Below, piece after piece: positions 1-12,135 of a stretch of DNA of 64,000 nucleotides; the first letter of the stretch is position 1, and each line of letters begins with the position of its first letter. Location of the stretch: assembly GCA_030704615.1 (NCBI GenBank), contig CM060731.1, positions 48,298,001 to 48,362,000 of the forward strand, written 5' to 3'. Below the pieces are notes generated by a model. The model was not told the DNA's origin, made no database searches, and worked only from the letters and a program-made list of their open reading frames with translations. The DNA comes from Takakia lepidozioides. Its lineage: Eukaryota; Plantae; Bryophyta. The position numbers and the translations under genes are program-made.

Positions 1-174
1 TTGTAACTGAGGGTTTGAGTCATGTGGAATGGCAGGGCTGAATCAAGCATCTTTGTTTATACCAGGCATTTCCAGCAGGGCCACTGCTTCTAAAAAGTGG
101 AGCAGGAGAAGGAGTCAACAAGAACTCTTCTGGCACTTGTGAGGATGTAAGGACACCATGTAAGGCACAACGAT

Positions 175-2400
175 CAAAAGAGGTGCTGCACATTTTGGAC
201 CATCGAGACATTTTAGCAGACTCCAGTACTTGCATTTCTATCTTGAGGCAGTGCATCAAATGTAAAGACCTACAAATACGAAAGCAGGTGCATGCCCACA
301 TTATACAAAGTGGATTCAATCCAAACTCTTGGCACTCAACACCCTTGTGAACATGTATGCCAAGTGTGAGGGCGTGGTGGATGCACGCCAAGTGTTTGAC
401 AATATGCCTAAATGAGATGTCTTTACATGCACGATAATGATGTCAGGATATACAAAGCATGGATGTGGGAGGGAGGCTTTTGAGATTTATCAGCAAATGA
501 GACAGGGAGGGGTTACGCCCAACAATGTCACCTTCATATTTGCCTTCTCAAGGCATGTGCCAGCCTAGGTACCCTGCAGAAGGGCAAAGTGGTCCATGCT
601 GGTATTCTAAAAGCTGGAATTGCAACAGATATGATTCTGGAGACTGCTGTGCCAGCCTAGGAGCCCTGAAACTGGGTAAAGATGTCCACTCTCACATCGT
701 GACAGCTGGACTGGGGAATACCCTGGTTGACATGTATGCAAAATGTGGGAGCATAGAGGATGCAAGGAAAATATTCGACAGTATGACTGAACGAGATGTG
801 GTACCATAGAATATGATGATCACTGGATATGCTCAGCACAGGTGTTGCAGGCTTGCTTTTGAGCTGTATGAGCTAATGATGTTGGAAAGGGTGACACCCG
901 ACAAGATCACATTCCTTTGTGTTCTCAATGCTTGTGCCAGCTTAGGAGCCCTTGGAAAGGGCAACCAGGTCTATGCTGATATTGTCCAAGCTGGAATTAT
1001 GCCAGATATCATTCTGCAGACCACCCTTGTGGACATGTATGTCAAATGCGGGAGCTTAAAGGATGCATGTCAAGTGTTTGACAGCATGGCTCAACGAGAT
1101 TTGGTCTCATGGAATGTAATGATAGGAGGATATGCTCAGCATGGGTGTGTTTTGGAGGCTTTTGAAACTTTTGAGCAAATGATGCAGGCAGGGGTGATGC
1201 CCAACAGAGTCACATTCATGTGTGTTCTCAATGTGTGTGCCAGGCTAGGATCTCTGGAGAAGGACAAAAAGGTCCATGCTGACATCATGAAAGCTGGAAT
1301 TGAGCCAGATGTTTCTATGGAGAATACCCTTGTTGACATGTATGCTAAATGTGGGAGCCTAGAGGATGCACGCCAAGTGTTTGACAATTTGGCTGAACAA
1401 GATGTTGTCTCATGGAATATTATGATTGCAGGATATGCTCAGCATGGGTGTGGTAGGGAGGCTTTCAAGATGTACGAGCAAATGAGAAAGGAAGGTTTGA
1501 TACCTGACAAGTGTGTGTGTCAATGTGTGTGCCAGGCTAGGTGCCCTGGAAAAGGGCAAAGAGGTCCATGCTGATGTCATGAAGGCTGGAATTGCATCAT
1601 ATGTAGATTTAGAAACTACTCTTGTCCACATTTATGCCAAATGTGGGAGCACAAAGGATGCACGGCAAGTGTTTGACAGTATGTCTCAACGAAATGTTTT
1701 CTCATGGAGCACAATGATCGTAGGATATGCACAGCATGGGTGTAGCAGGGAGGCTTTTGTGATCTATGAGCAAATGATACAGGAAGGGTTGACACCTGAT
1801 AAGGTCACATTCATTGGCCTTCTCAATGCGTGTGCCAGCTTGGCTATCCTTGAAAAGGGCAAAGAGGTGCATGGTGACATCATCAAGGCTGGGATAGCTC
1901 CACATGCAAATTTGGAGAATGCTCTTGTTAATATGTATGTAAAATGCGGGAGCATGACGGATGCGGCTCAAGTGTTTGACAATATGGTTAAACAAGATGT
2001 GGTATCTTGGAGTGCCATGATCGCATGGTATGGGCAACTTGCTTGTGGCCGGGAGGTTCTCCAACTATTCGAACAAATGCAACATGAAGGCTTGAAGCCA
2101 GCTAGTATCACCTTTATCAGTATTCTCTCTGCATGTAGCCATTTATGCTATCACTACTTTGATTCCATTAGTCAAGATCATGGCCTCACTCCTACAGTCG
2201 AGCATTTTGGCTGCATGGTGGACCTTCTTGGCCGTGCAGGGCGATTGTGTGAGGCAGAGAACTTCATAAACAAAATGCCAATCGACCCAGGTGTTGGGGT
2301 GTAGCCTTGCTCAGTGCCTGCAGAAAGCATGGGAGCGTGGAGGTGGCAGAACGTGTCGCAAAATGTCTCCTTCGCCCCGGGGATCCACAGGATGCCTCAA
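175..2400 (+). pseudogene. PLS-class pentatricopeptide repeat (PPR) pseudogene with E-domain remnant
   Basis: Repeated P-L-S motifs (LVDMYAKCGSLEDARQVFD..DVVSWN.MI.GYAQHG) spread over ORFs 525-809, 813-1574 and 1513-2304. C-terminal FGCMVDLLGRAG...ALLSACRKHGSVEVAERVA (E domain). In-frame stops and frameshifts (e.g. TGA ~413, TAG ~808); no DYW domain seen. Confidence 0.93.
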
Positions 2401-5400
2401 TCCATGCCGAGCTGAAGAGATTGACTGGATGGATGAAGGTGTCTGGGTAGACGATTTGCATTGGAGGAGCAAAAGGAAAAACTTCTACCTTAACACAGTG
2501 AGAAACTGGTGATTTGCTTTGCACCCTGGGGCACCTATCCTTCTTATGAAGAACCTTACTTGTGTAGTGACTCTTGTGGGGTTACTGGTGGAACAAAAAA
2601 AGTACATGAAAAGTACATGAAGTGCTTTGCTTCATATGTGAGGGTTGAAAGGTCATACTTCTGGCACTCTTTTAGTAAGAAAAGAGTAAGATTGGGGCCC
2701 ACATGCAGGCGCCAGATATATTTGGACACCTAGAGTTACCCTGCTTGGTTGATTTTCATTTTGGTTGGGGAAAAAGAAATATGCAATGAGAGAGACTGAT
2801 CTACAACATTGAGCACCTTTTGCTTCTATCTGCCATTCAGTATCTCAGACCTACTGAAACCTGGCTGACTTCAATTTGGCTCAAACTAGAAAGGGTTCCG
2901 TGACAGTGGGTTGCCACAGCATGAGTAGGGTCCGTTGGAGTGCAGACCTTAGTGAGCAACACAATCCCTTCCCCCATGCAGCTCTCATAGCCAACTACTC
3001 TGATCCATGCAATGAGAGGGAGAGAATACTTGGTGACATGAGGGAAACAATTGTTCACTACAGATTATTGACCAGAGTGTAACAAAATATTCTTCATTTG
3101 CAACATAGTGTAACATATTCCTGCCATACCACAAAAACCAGATATGGCATCTTTAACATTTGCACTAGAATCTTTTCAAGGGGCTCGAAGATCAATATTC
3201 CTTTCTCTGCCCATGATCTTTCAGAGATACATATGTTCATACATATTATTTCTAGATACTCTGTTCTTTCTATTTGGGCCATCAAAGATTCCGCTAAGAC
3301 TTGGGTTACTGAAAGATGGAAGTTTAAAGGATATTTCCTGAATATTCTTTGAAATGCAGTTCCAACAATCTGGATCGAGATCACCAAGATCGATCTCTCT
3401 CAACAAGACAAGCCCTCGTCGGCGTAACTAGTCTCGAGAGGATGGATCGATATCACCAAGATCGGTCTCTCTCTACGAGAGCCCTGGCCGATCGGTCTCT
3501 CTCTACGAGAGAAACCCTCGTCGTAACTAGTCTTGAGAGGAGGTCTGGGGGAGGACTATTTAAGCACCTTTCAATGGTTAGTCCCCGGAGCTCTGTGTTT
3601 CTATCCTAAGTCACTTGTGTTGCCTCTGGCGCTATAGAACCTTAGACTCTTGCAATGGCTTCCGACTCTTGGCGCTGTTATGGCTTTGTTCGTCCCGCGC
3701 AGGGTGATTGGAGAGCTGCTCTGGATGAGGGACTGCTTGGCTCCAGCACTGTTTTCCGTGGTCTGTGCTTGGTGGGACTGTAAGTATAAAACATTCCTAA
3801 TACAAGTTGTAGCCCTAGTGGTGATTTGGGTTTGATGGGGGTGCTTGCATAGAGGTAGTCTACTTTTAACCAGTAGTCATATGCTCCTCATGATATGATA
3901 AAGTCAATGTTAAATATTCTCCTGTCAGGATGGAAGGGATGACTTCTGCCGACACTCGTGAGCTTGGAATGAATTTCCCTGATCTTTTGCTCACAGCTAT
4001 GGGTTGTGAGGAAGGGGTCTGGCTGCAAGCTGCCAATTGGCCCAAGTTATGCATTCTAGATATTCCTATAAGCGGCTGAGGCACTTGCAAAATACTACTG
4101 AAATGTAATTGGTATGCTTTAAACTATTGAGTTTGTAATGAATTAGTTATAATATTTAGTAAAAGTCTCTTGAACCCTCAATTGCGTGTTCAAAATTTTG
4201 CATAACAGACTAAGTTACCCGTGATACTTGTCTTGTTCAAGCTCAGATGCACATACTCAAACGACGTAAATCAGTTTTCTCGTAGCATGGATTTTAGCTA
4301 CTAAGTTTTAAGGAAATGTATTTCATGAGATACAGGGATTTTTAGACACTGACTGCGCACTCCTTGAAGTTCAGGACGACTACTACTTCAATATGTTGTC
4401 AGACGTTTGCTACTGCACCCTCATCATGTTCGATCAAGGGAGACTCCAAGATCTTCAGAATACGGGCAGAACATGTGACCCCCTGAATTATCACAAAGTT
4501 GTCACATATGAACTGCTATTTGCATGTCCCAGGTTATCACTTGTGATGTTCAATTTGTGATTTATGACTAAGTATTCACTCTAGAAATCTTACTCGATCA
4601 TAGCTTGTTTCAACTTATATTTGGCCTAGAGAGATGACCCCTGCCCCAAGATCCATGTGTGGAGTATAATTGAAGGATGGTGAAGTTAAGTTGTATACAT
4701 GTGAGTAACTAGCTCGTAACTAGATACTTTGGTCAAAACTTCCCTCGAACGTACATCCCTAGTATCCTAGACTAAGGCCAACTGTGATGATTTCAATCTG
4801 CAGAAACCAGTGATTTGGTGGCCAATGGACAATTTCCTAGCGTCATGGAGATTGCAGCTAAGTGCCAAGCACTGCCTGAGCCATATGGTCATTACATGAG
4901 ATCTTCTTTCCAACTCTCATCTCTGGGACAGACATCTCTACCTGGCCAACATCCCACACCGACAGGACACCCTGCGCCTCTGCAACGGCAACATCAGCCA
5001 CGGCGGTATGCTCCAATAAGGCCACCGGTGCCACAATGTCAATCACCCATTGAGGATATTGTTCAGCATGCAGCTTGTACAATGTACGAGTCACTACGCT
5101 TTTGCCTCCATGGCAATGATCACTCTCAACATCCAGTGTGCTCAAATATTCAGTTGGGTACTCCATTATATCGCAATCCAAGGAGGCTTGAGATCGGACA
5201 TACGGCTTCTGGTCGACCGAACTCGCGATCGAACTGCCAGCTCTATTCATATCCTATACAAGGTGGCGAAGCTCCATGTAGTCCGCATCATCAGCAACTA
5301 GACCGCCGGTACACTAGGCTGGCGACACCACATTTCACAACTCAGCAACGTGATGCAATCTGTATGTAGCTCTTACTGCACTTTAGAACTAGTTACAATC

Positions 5401-6965
5401 ATAGACACTACATTATAGTGTGTCGAAGTTCAAAGTAGACCATACAACTACACAAGCCTTACAGGGGCGGTCTCTTAAATATATGGATCAGTGGAATGTA
5501 TTTTCCAACTGAGTCACAACGCTTGAAGCAAACTGTCTTGAAGATAACGCTAAATTTGATAAGCCTAAATAAGAAAAATTTTATGTAGAAGAGTTTAGGG
5601 GCTAACTTAGATTTATGCTAAGATCGCAGCAGCTTCCTCATTCGACTATGCAGCATCCATGATCTCTTCGTAACCTACATGGCTCTTGCTGCAACTTCTC
5701 AGTAATACAGCATATAATGACGATCAGGATGTGGATTCGAGGGCTAGAGCGGTGCCATGTGCATTTTCTTCGACGAGTTGTAATTACACACACCATGGAC
5801 AGGTTTGTAAATTCAAACTTATCCGACGTATCTATTTCATGAATGCTACATTTTTTGGAAACCACAGCTAGAATCTAGATGTGCGGTCTAGAGATCATAC
5901 ACTAGTTACACAGTGTTACAATTCTGGATCTTGAGCTAACTTCGGTTGGCATCGACATAAATATATATGGATCTAGAGCTCTCCCGAAGTGAGATATATA
6001 TGTACCTTAAATCATCCAGGGTGACATTTTGAAGCTGGATTAATTTGAAGTCCTAAACATTCAATCTAGCTCTACGATTTGTATCGAGAGCTTGATAATT
6101 CATACTGATCAAATATTGAGTCTAGAACTCGTTTAGTCTAGAACTAACACAGTTCGTACGTGGGGTTCAGGGTTCCCGCGACTGCTGAATCGAAACCAGG
6201 GGATCACTACGACAGTTCAATCCTCTCCTCTGGATGCAGACCATGCGAGCACATTTCAGTACATTTCAATCATCAATGACAGAACTGCATACGGACTGTA
6301 TACATGCAGCCTAGGTTTCTCTTACTGTGCTGACACCTTGTTTCTTTTATTCACTCCCTGTCCAAGTGACATCCCTTGTGATAAATCATTTTTCAAACTT
6401 GGTCAGTGGCAGAATTCTCCAACTATTATGTGCCAAACCAACCGCATGCCATTTGGCAGGGCTCTTAAGGACTGAAGGTTAGCCTGGTTAGCGACGGCCT
6501 GGAAAGGCTCTTTCTTCAAAGTTCAAAGCATAGGGGAATTTCGAGCAACCAGGTCGTGCCGTCTTGCCCTCTCACCAGCATACCGAGATGTAGGGTGTCC
6601 ATTCTAAACAAACTCAAAACAGAAACCAAAGCCTAGCATGAAGAAACAAACCATCTCTGTGCCTACCACGAACACATACTCACAGGTAATCCCAATTTGG
6701 GGTCTCTTGAGGACTCCTCTTCTCTGCGTCTTTCCGACAAATGTAGCCCACATCTGTTCTGTGCTCTCTCCTCTCTCCTTTCAGTCTTCGTTCCGCCTCA
6801 ATCCATCGCATGAGTGTCACGTATTACATGTGAGATGACTCGTCTTCACATTTTCAAATTTCTTGAGTGCTCAAAAACAACAGCCAGGTACTGGAACACA
6901 GAACCCAAGTTCTGTTTTCAAATTGGAGTTTTCCACTTCCATAAATAAATAAGATATTTAACAAT

Positions 6966-7294
6966 TTGACTCAATTGTCAACGTGCTCCTCATCTTCCAT
7001 GCTTCAGTCAAAGAAGTGTATGTAGTTGGCTTTGGACGGTTTTCAAATAGTCAAAGAGGTGGTGCTCACATTTGGCCGCGCGTTTCCCAGCTCGCCTCAC
7101 TAGCAACGTGTGTTGTGGCTCCACATATTGTGGAGAGAAGCCGGTCAACATGGTCTGCTCATATTCTCGAGAGGCTGCTGAGCTGCTGAGCTGATCAACA
7201 CTTCACTCGTGAGATCCGCTTCAGATGGTGAAAATTATATATATGTATTCTATCACATACTGGTCAGTTCTTCAACTTTGCGTGACCTGGTCAA
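6966..7294. promoter_or_regulatory. W-box (TTGACY) cluster upstream of PAL
   Basis: TTGACT 6966-6971, AGTCAA 7006-7011 and 7049-7054, GGTCAA 7143-7148 and 7289-7294; all five retained in the right arm (~34647-34950). Confidence 0.5.
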
Positions 7295-7424
7295 GTAAGG
7301 CCGCGTGCAGATTTGAGCTATGGCGAGTCGCGACGCAGCCGTGGACTGCCTATGTATTGGAGCCTGCCAGCCAGCTTCGTATCAGCCCCTGGGTCCCACA
7401 TGACTAGCTCTTATGTCCACTGCT

Positions 7425-7432
7425 TATAAATA
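7425..7432 (+). promoter_or_regulatory. TATA box of PAL copy 1
   Basis: TATAAATA ~340 bp upstream of the ATG, followed by a CT-rich leader. Confidence 0.65.
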
Positions 7433-7765
7433 CAGCTCCTCAGGACTCTCATTCTCATCACTCTCCGATCAAACTCCGGATTGGGTGTCTCAGAGATATT
7501 GAATTCTCCATCCTTCTCCATCCTTCTCCATCCTTCTCCAGTTTGAGTATTTTTGTGAAACATATGTACAGTTGCTTTCAACAGTACTAAGATTTGCACA
7601 GTGAATTTCAAGGTCTGCAGCTCCATCCATTGAATAGGTTCCCTTCTCTGTGATCTGTGTAGCTCGCAACAGCCCTCTGTTCTCTCTGTTTCTTCCTCAC
7701 TCGCAGGGACGATATATATATATAATTTGTCTTGTTTCCACGGTCTCCATTAAAGTTCTGCGAGG

Positions 7766-9946
7766 ATGGTGACGGCCAACGGAGCTCGGGTGAGCGTCAA
7801 TAGCAGTGGCATCAAAGCTGAGCACGAGGCTAGTTTGGAATCTTTTTGCACAAAGGTACAGCCTGCTGACCCTCTCAACTGGGGGCGAGCAGCCTCAGCC
7901 CTGCAAGGCAATCACCTGGACGAGGTTAAAGATATGGTGAAGACATTCTATGACGCAACCGAAGTAGCCATTGAAGGGGTGACCTTGACGGTTGCTCAAG
8001 TGGCAGCCGTGGCCCGCCGACCAGAGGTGAGAGTGGTGCTGGATGCGGCCAATGCCAAGAATCGAGTGGACGAAAGCTCCAACTGGGTTCTCCAGAAGAT
8101 CATGAACGGTGGGGATATCTATGGCGTCACAACTGGTTTCGGAGCCACCTCCCACCGGCGTACACAGCAAGGGGTGGAGCTCCAGAAAGAGCTCATTAGG
8201 TTTCTGAATGCGGGAGTTTTGGGCAAGGGCAACACCCTCCCAGCGTGCACCACCCGGGCAGCCATGCTCGTGCGCACCAACACATTAATGCAGGGATTCT
8301 CTGGCATTCGTTGGGAGATCCTGGAAGCCATGGAAAAGCTTTTGAATGCAAATGTCACACCCAAGTTGCCACTGCGAGGGACCGTCACCGCTTCTGGAGA
8401 CCTTGTTCCCTTATCTTACATCGCGGGACTACTTACTGCCAGGCCCAACTCCAGAGCTGTCACCGAGGACGGACAGGAAGTGTCAGCCTTGGAAGCTCTG
8501 AGACTCGCCGGGGTCGAGAAACCATTTGAATTGCAGCCCAAGGAAGGCCTGGCCATTGTCAATGGAACAGCGGTGGGGTCAGCCTTGGCATCCACTGTCT
8601 GCTTTGACGCCAATGTGATGGTCCTACTGGCTGAGGTTCTTTCAGCCCTGTTCTGTGAAGTGATGCAAGGAAAGCCTGAGTTTGCTGATCCCTTGACGCA
8701 CAAACTGAAGCACCACCCAGGCCAGATGGAGGCGGCTGCCATTATGGAGTGGGTGCTCGATGGAAGCTCATACATGAAGGCAGCAGCAAAACTGCATGAG
8801 ACCGACCCTTTGAAGAAACCCAAGCAGGATCGATATGCTCTACGGACTTCCCCACAATGGCTCGGCCCACAGGTGGAGGTGATTCGCAATGCCACACATG
8901 CCATTCAAAGAGAAATCAACTCTGTCAACGACAACCCAATCATTGATACTGCCGGGGACAGGGCCCTTCATGGCGGGAATTTCCAAGGAACCCCCATTGG
9001 AGTCTCCATGGACAACATGCGGTTGGCCGTTGCTGCGATTGGGAAGCTCATGTTTGCACAGTTCTCTGAGCTGGTAAACGACTACTACAACAATGGGCTT
9101 CCTTCAAACCTCAGTGGAGGACCTAACCCAAGTCTGGACTACGGAATGAAGGGCGGGGAGATCGCCATGGCTTCATACCTCTCGGAGTTGAACTACTTAG
9201 CCAACCCAGTGACCACCCACGTGCAAAGTGCTGAGCAGCACAACCAGGATGTCAACTCCCTGGGTCTAGTGTCTGCAAGAAAGACCGAGGAATCTATTGA
9301 GATTCTGAAGCTTATGAGCTCCACTTTCTTGGTGGGCCTCTGCCAGGCCGTGGACCTTCGCCACATCGAGGAGACGATGCAGACGACAGTGAGGCAAATT
9401 GTTTCCCACGTCGCCAAGAAGACGCTCTTCACAGGCAGTAACGGCGCACTTTTGCCATCACGGTTCTGCGAGAAGGACCTTCTCAGCCTGGTGGATCGCC
9501 AGCCTGTATTCAGCTACATCGATGATGCCAGCAGTGAAACTTACCCCCTGATGCAGAAACTAAGGGAAGTCTTGGTGAGTCATGCGCTCCAAAACCCCAA
9601 GAATGAAAAATCGGAGACTACATCAGTGTTCCACAGGATTGCAATCTTTGAAGAGGAGTTGAAGACGCGCCTGAACATTGCTGTACCTTTGGTCCGGGAG
9701 TCGTACGATAACAAGGGGTATTCGGCAGTGCCAAACCGGATTGAAGACTGCAGGACATACCCTCTCTACAGATTTGTGAGGTCAGAATTAGGGACCCAGT
9801 TGCTATCAGGCTTGAGGACTGTGTCTCCTGGTCAAGAGATTGAGAAGGTGTACAATGCCATCTCCCAAGGCAAGCTTGTGGGTCCTCTTCTCAAATGCGT
9901 GGACGGTTGGACTGGGACACCCGGCCCTTTTGCCCAGCGCTGCTAA
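7766..9946 (+). CDS. PAL: Phenylalanine ammonia-lyase, intronless, 726 aa (copy 1, intact)
   Basis: [30 protein letters not shown] (Phe at the selectivity switch), [17 protein letters not shown] (MIO-forming ASG), [31 protein letters not shown]. Confidence 0.99.
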   Translation: MVTANGARVSVNSSGIKAEHEASLESFCTKVQPADPLNWGRAASALQGNHLDEVKDMVKTFYDATEVAIEGVTLTVAQVAAVARRPEVRVVLDAANAKNRVDESSNWVLQKIMNGGDIYGVTTGFGATSHRRTQQGVELQKELIRFLNAGVLGKGNTLPACTTRAAMLVRTNTLMQGFSGIRWEILEAMEKLLNANVTPKLPLRGTVTASGDLVPLSYIAGLLTARPNSRAVTEDGQEVSALEALRLAGVEKPFELQPKEGLAIVNGTAVGSALASTVCFDANVMVLLAEVLSALFCEVMQGKPEFADPLTHKLKHHPGQMEAAAIMEWVLDGSSYMKAAAKLHETDPLKKPKQDRYALRTSPQWLGPQVEVIRNATHAIQREINSVNDNPIIDTAGDRALHGGNFQGTPIGVSMDNMRLAVAAIGKLMFAQFSELVNDYYNNGLPSNLSGGPNPSLDYGMKGGEIAMASYLSELNYLANPVTTHVQSAEQHNQDVNSLGLVSARKTEESIEILKLMSSTFLVGLCQAVDLRHIEETMQTTVRQIVSHVAKKTLFTGSNGALLPSRFCEKDLLSLVDRQPVFSYIDDASSETYPLMQKLREVLVSHALQNPKNEKSETTSVFHRIAIFEEELKTRLNIAVPLVRESYDNKGYSAVPNRIEDCRTYPLYRFVRSELGTQLLSGLRTVSPGQEIEKVYNAISQGKLVGPLLKCVDGWTGTPGPFAQRC

Positions 9947-10596
9947 GGCGGATTACCTTCGATAGAAGATCGTCACAGGGATTCGGAATTTTTAACTTCC
10001 CTTCCAACTTGCATCATATGATGCATTCATTGATCAACCGCTAAAGTAGAACATAAGGCCAGATGTACATGCATAGAGAGGCTCTTCATTTGAGCTGTAG
10101 GTAGCAACAATTCACTAAACTAGTCATTCACACTCTCCTCACAAAAAGCTTCAGAAGCTTTGGAGCAGCCATGTGTCCATAATTCTTGATACACAAAAGG
10201 GCTCTTTAAATGACCCTGTTTTACTTTCACCAGAACTCATGACGTCCACAAAATCATCCTCCGCATCATTGAATGTTATAAGTTCTGTTCAACCCACATC
10301 ACAATTTTGTAATCTGATGATCACCGCAGGCACAGCAGTAGCATGAGACATGATCATTCAGAAAATTTCATGCATTTGAAAATTTCATGCATTAAAATTG
10401 CTTAACTTGATTCTCGACGGAATGATGCCTCACAACATTATGCTGTATCCCACAATGCAGATGAAAACTTAATGACTTGGTTGTCGAGAGGATCAACAAC
10501 AAGGAATTATCTGAGTCTGCCCTTGATTGCCGACCACTAGTAAAAATGCTCTACATGCAAATGACAAAGAACTTGCCAGCAGTCCCAAACGCATCC

Positions 10597-10876
10597 GCCT
10601 TTTGCTTTTGGTCTCTTTTTTATAAAAAACTTATTTAATAAAAAAGGAAACCTGGGAGCGACAGCCCACAATTCAGGCCCATGAGGAGGGGGAAAAATTA
10701 ACCCCCTTTCATTTATGGGCCATTAGACCTACAGGACGATCAACGCCTAGACATACCGTCACAAACAATCCAACACAGGGGACAAGGCACCGGGTTCGAA
10801 CCCCAAACCATCGGGGTGACACACTGTGCACTTATCAGCTGAGCTGAAAAAAAAAAAAAGACCAAAAGCAAAAGGC
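10597..10876 (-). mobile_element. tRNA-derived SINE-like element bracketed by inverted repeats
   Basis: Minus strand has A-box-like AGCTCAGCTGATA, B-box GGTTCGAACCC and an A-rich tail. Flanks GCCTTTTGCTTTTGGTC (10597-10613) and its reverse complement (10860-10876). Confidence 0.6.
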
Positions 10877-12135
10877 CCATGAAAACTGTCCAATTTGCAA
10901 ACAGAACTAGGGCTTCGCGTTGCTCCGCTCTACTAGCGACGAATTCTGAGAACTACTTACGTAAAAACCTAGCTAGTGTAGTTTTGGTGTGCTTTTAATA
11001 GCATCAATCCCTCTGCTACGCCATGGAGCCCATGGGCTTGGGCCCGTAATCTCAGATTACGGGCAGATAGGCAGGTAATTTTCTTTTTCACACGCTCAAC
11101 AATGCGGTTTTTATGTTAGTTAAGGTCCTGTAACTCGGGCTTTTACGCAATTCAAGATTCCCACGCCTTTGTGCTGCCGCCCCGGGGACTATGGAATCTT
11201 GAATCACGTAAAGCCCTCGTTGGAGGACTTTACCTAATACAAAGGGGTGGGTCATCCCCAAGGTCTTACAAACATACATCCCGTATGTCATTGTTTTTCG
11301 GATGACAGTAGGGGAAGTAGGAGCCATGTTGAGCTCTGACCATGAAGCAACAAAGGAAAAGCCACCTTTACATAGTCAACTTTGCCCTTGCAGAGTTCAG
11401 TCAACAGGATGGCATCCACATGCTCTCCGCGCTTCACAATAGCTTCCTACTTATACACAATGCTTCTCCGCCAGAGTGCCATTGCCTTTCAAGCACCATA
11501 AATCGGTATTTGATAGGATTGAGAAAGCGAAATAAGAGTTCAAGCACCATAAATCAGTACTTTATAGTATTGAGAAAGCAAAATAAGATGAAGTCATACA
11601 ATGGTTGATTGAAGAAGCTGGTTTGAAAACCAACTGTCAAAGAAAATTCGTACTTCCAAAGAGGTCTTTCTAACCATGACCTGTATATGCAGTACAAGGG
11701 TAGAAGCATTTCATATGCCTACCAAAGGCGGAAAACAATGGTTTTTGACAAAGATTTTGACCTTCAAACTTAATAAGAGGCAGACGAAATTCAAATTTGC
11801 AGATCTGATAGCTGAAGAGCGTGCACATGGTTATTTTTCTAGACTACCTATGACTTCAATCAAAGATACTCATAAGTTTTGAGAGGCCAACTGTGTAGAA
11901 ACCTGCCCAAACCTGGCTCCACCTGCCCTGGTTATGCCATTAGAAGGTGTCCACCTTCCCGACGGAAGGCAGTAGCCCATTTCAGGGTGAAGTGACACCA
12001 TCACTTCCGCTTGCTTCCGCAGGAGTCAACCTGTTTTCCACTGCGGCTGCCAGAATTCCACTGCAACAAAGCCATTCTACTAATCTGCCAATATATCTAA
12101 ATAGAACCCACTCTAACAATGCCCGATGTACGGGA

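Larger units (their letters stand above)
2634..12135. repeat. Left arm of ~9.5 kb inverted segmental duplication containing PAL
   Basis: Reverse complement of 29893-39489; mirrored ORF pairs throughout (4858-5250/36944-37336, 7766-9946/32084-34262, 11676-11882/30146-30352). Confidence 0.95.

Noticed and set aside
175-2400. Stops in the PPR gene repaired by U-to-C RNA editing
   Set aside because: Such editing is known for organellar transcripts, and frameshifts and deletions are also present.
4815-5369. Overlapping ORFs of 184, 130 and 83 aa repeated at 36825-37379
   Set aside because: Conservation simply reflects the recent duplication. Faint resemblance to amino-acid permease or Helitron motifs was too weak to call; BLASTX would decide.
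8190-8215. Possible tyrosine ammonia-lyase or bifunctional PTAL
   Set aside because: The selectivity position is Phe (IRFLNAG), not His, in copies 1 and 2.
7895-9432. Antisense and alternate-frame ORFs within PAL
   Set aside because: Shadow ORFs from codon bias of a GC-rich CDS.
10780-10846. tRNA gene
   Set aside because: A and B boxes are present but no complete cloverleaf or acceptor stem was found; better explained as a SINE head.
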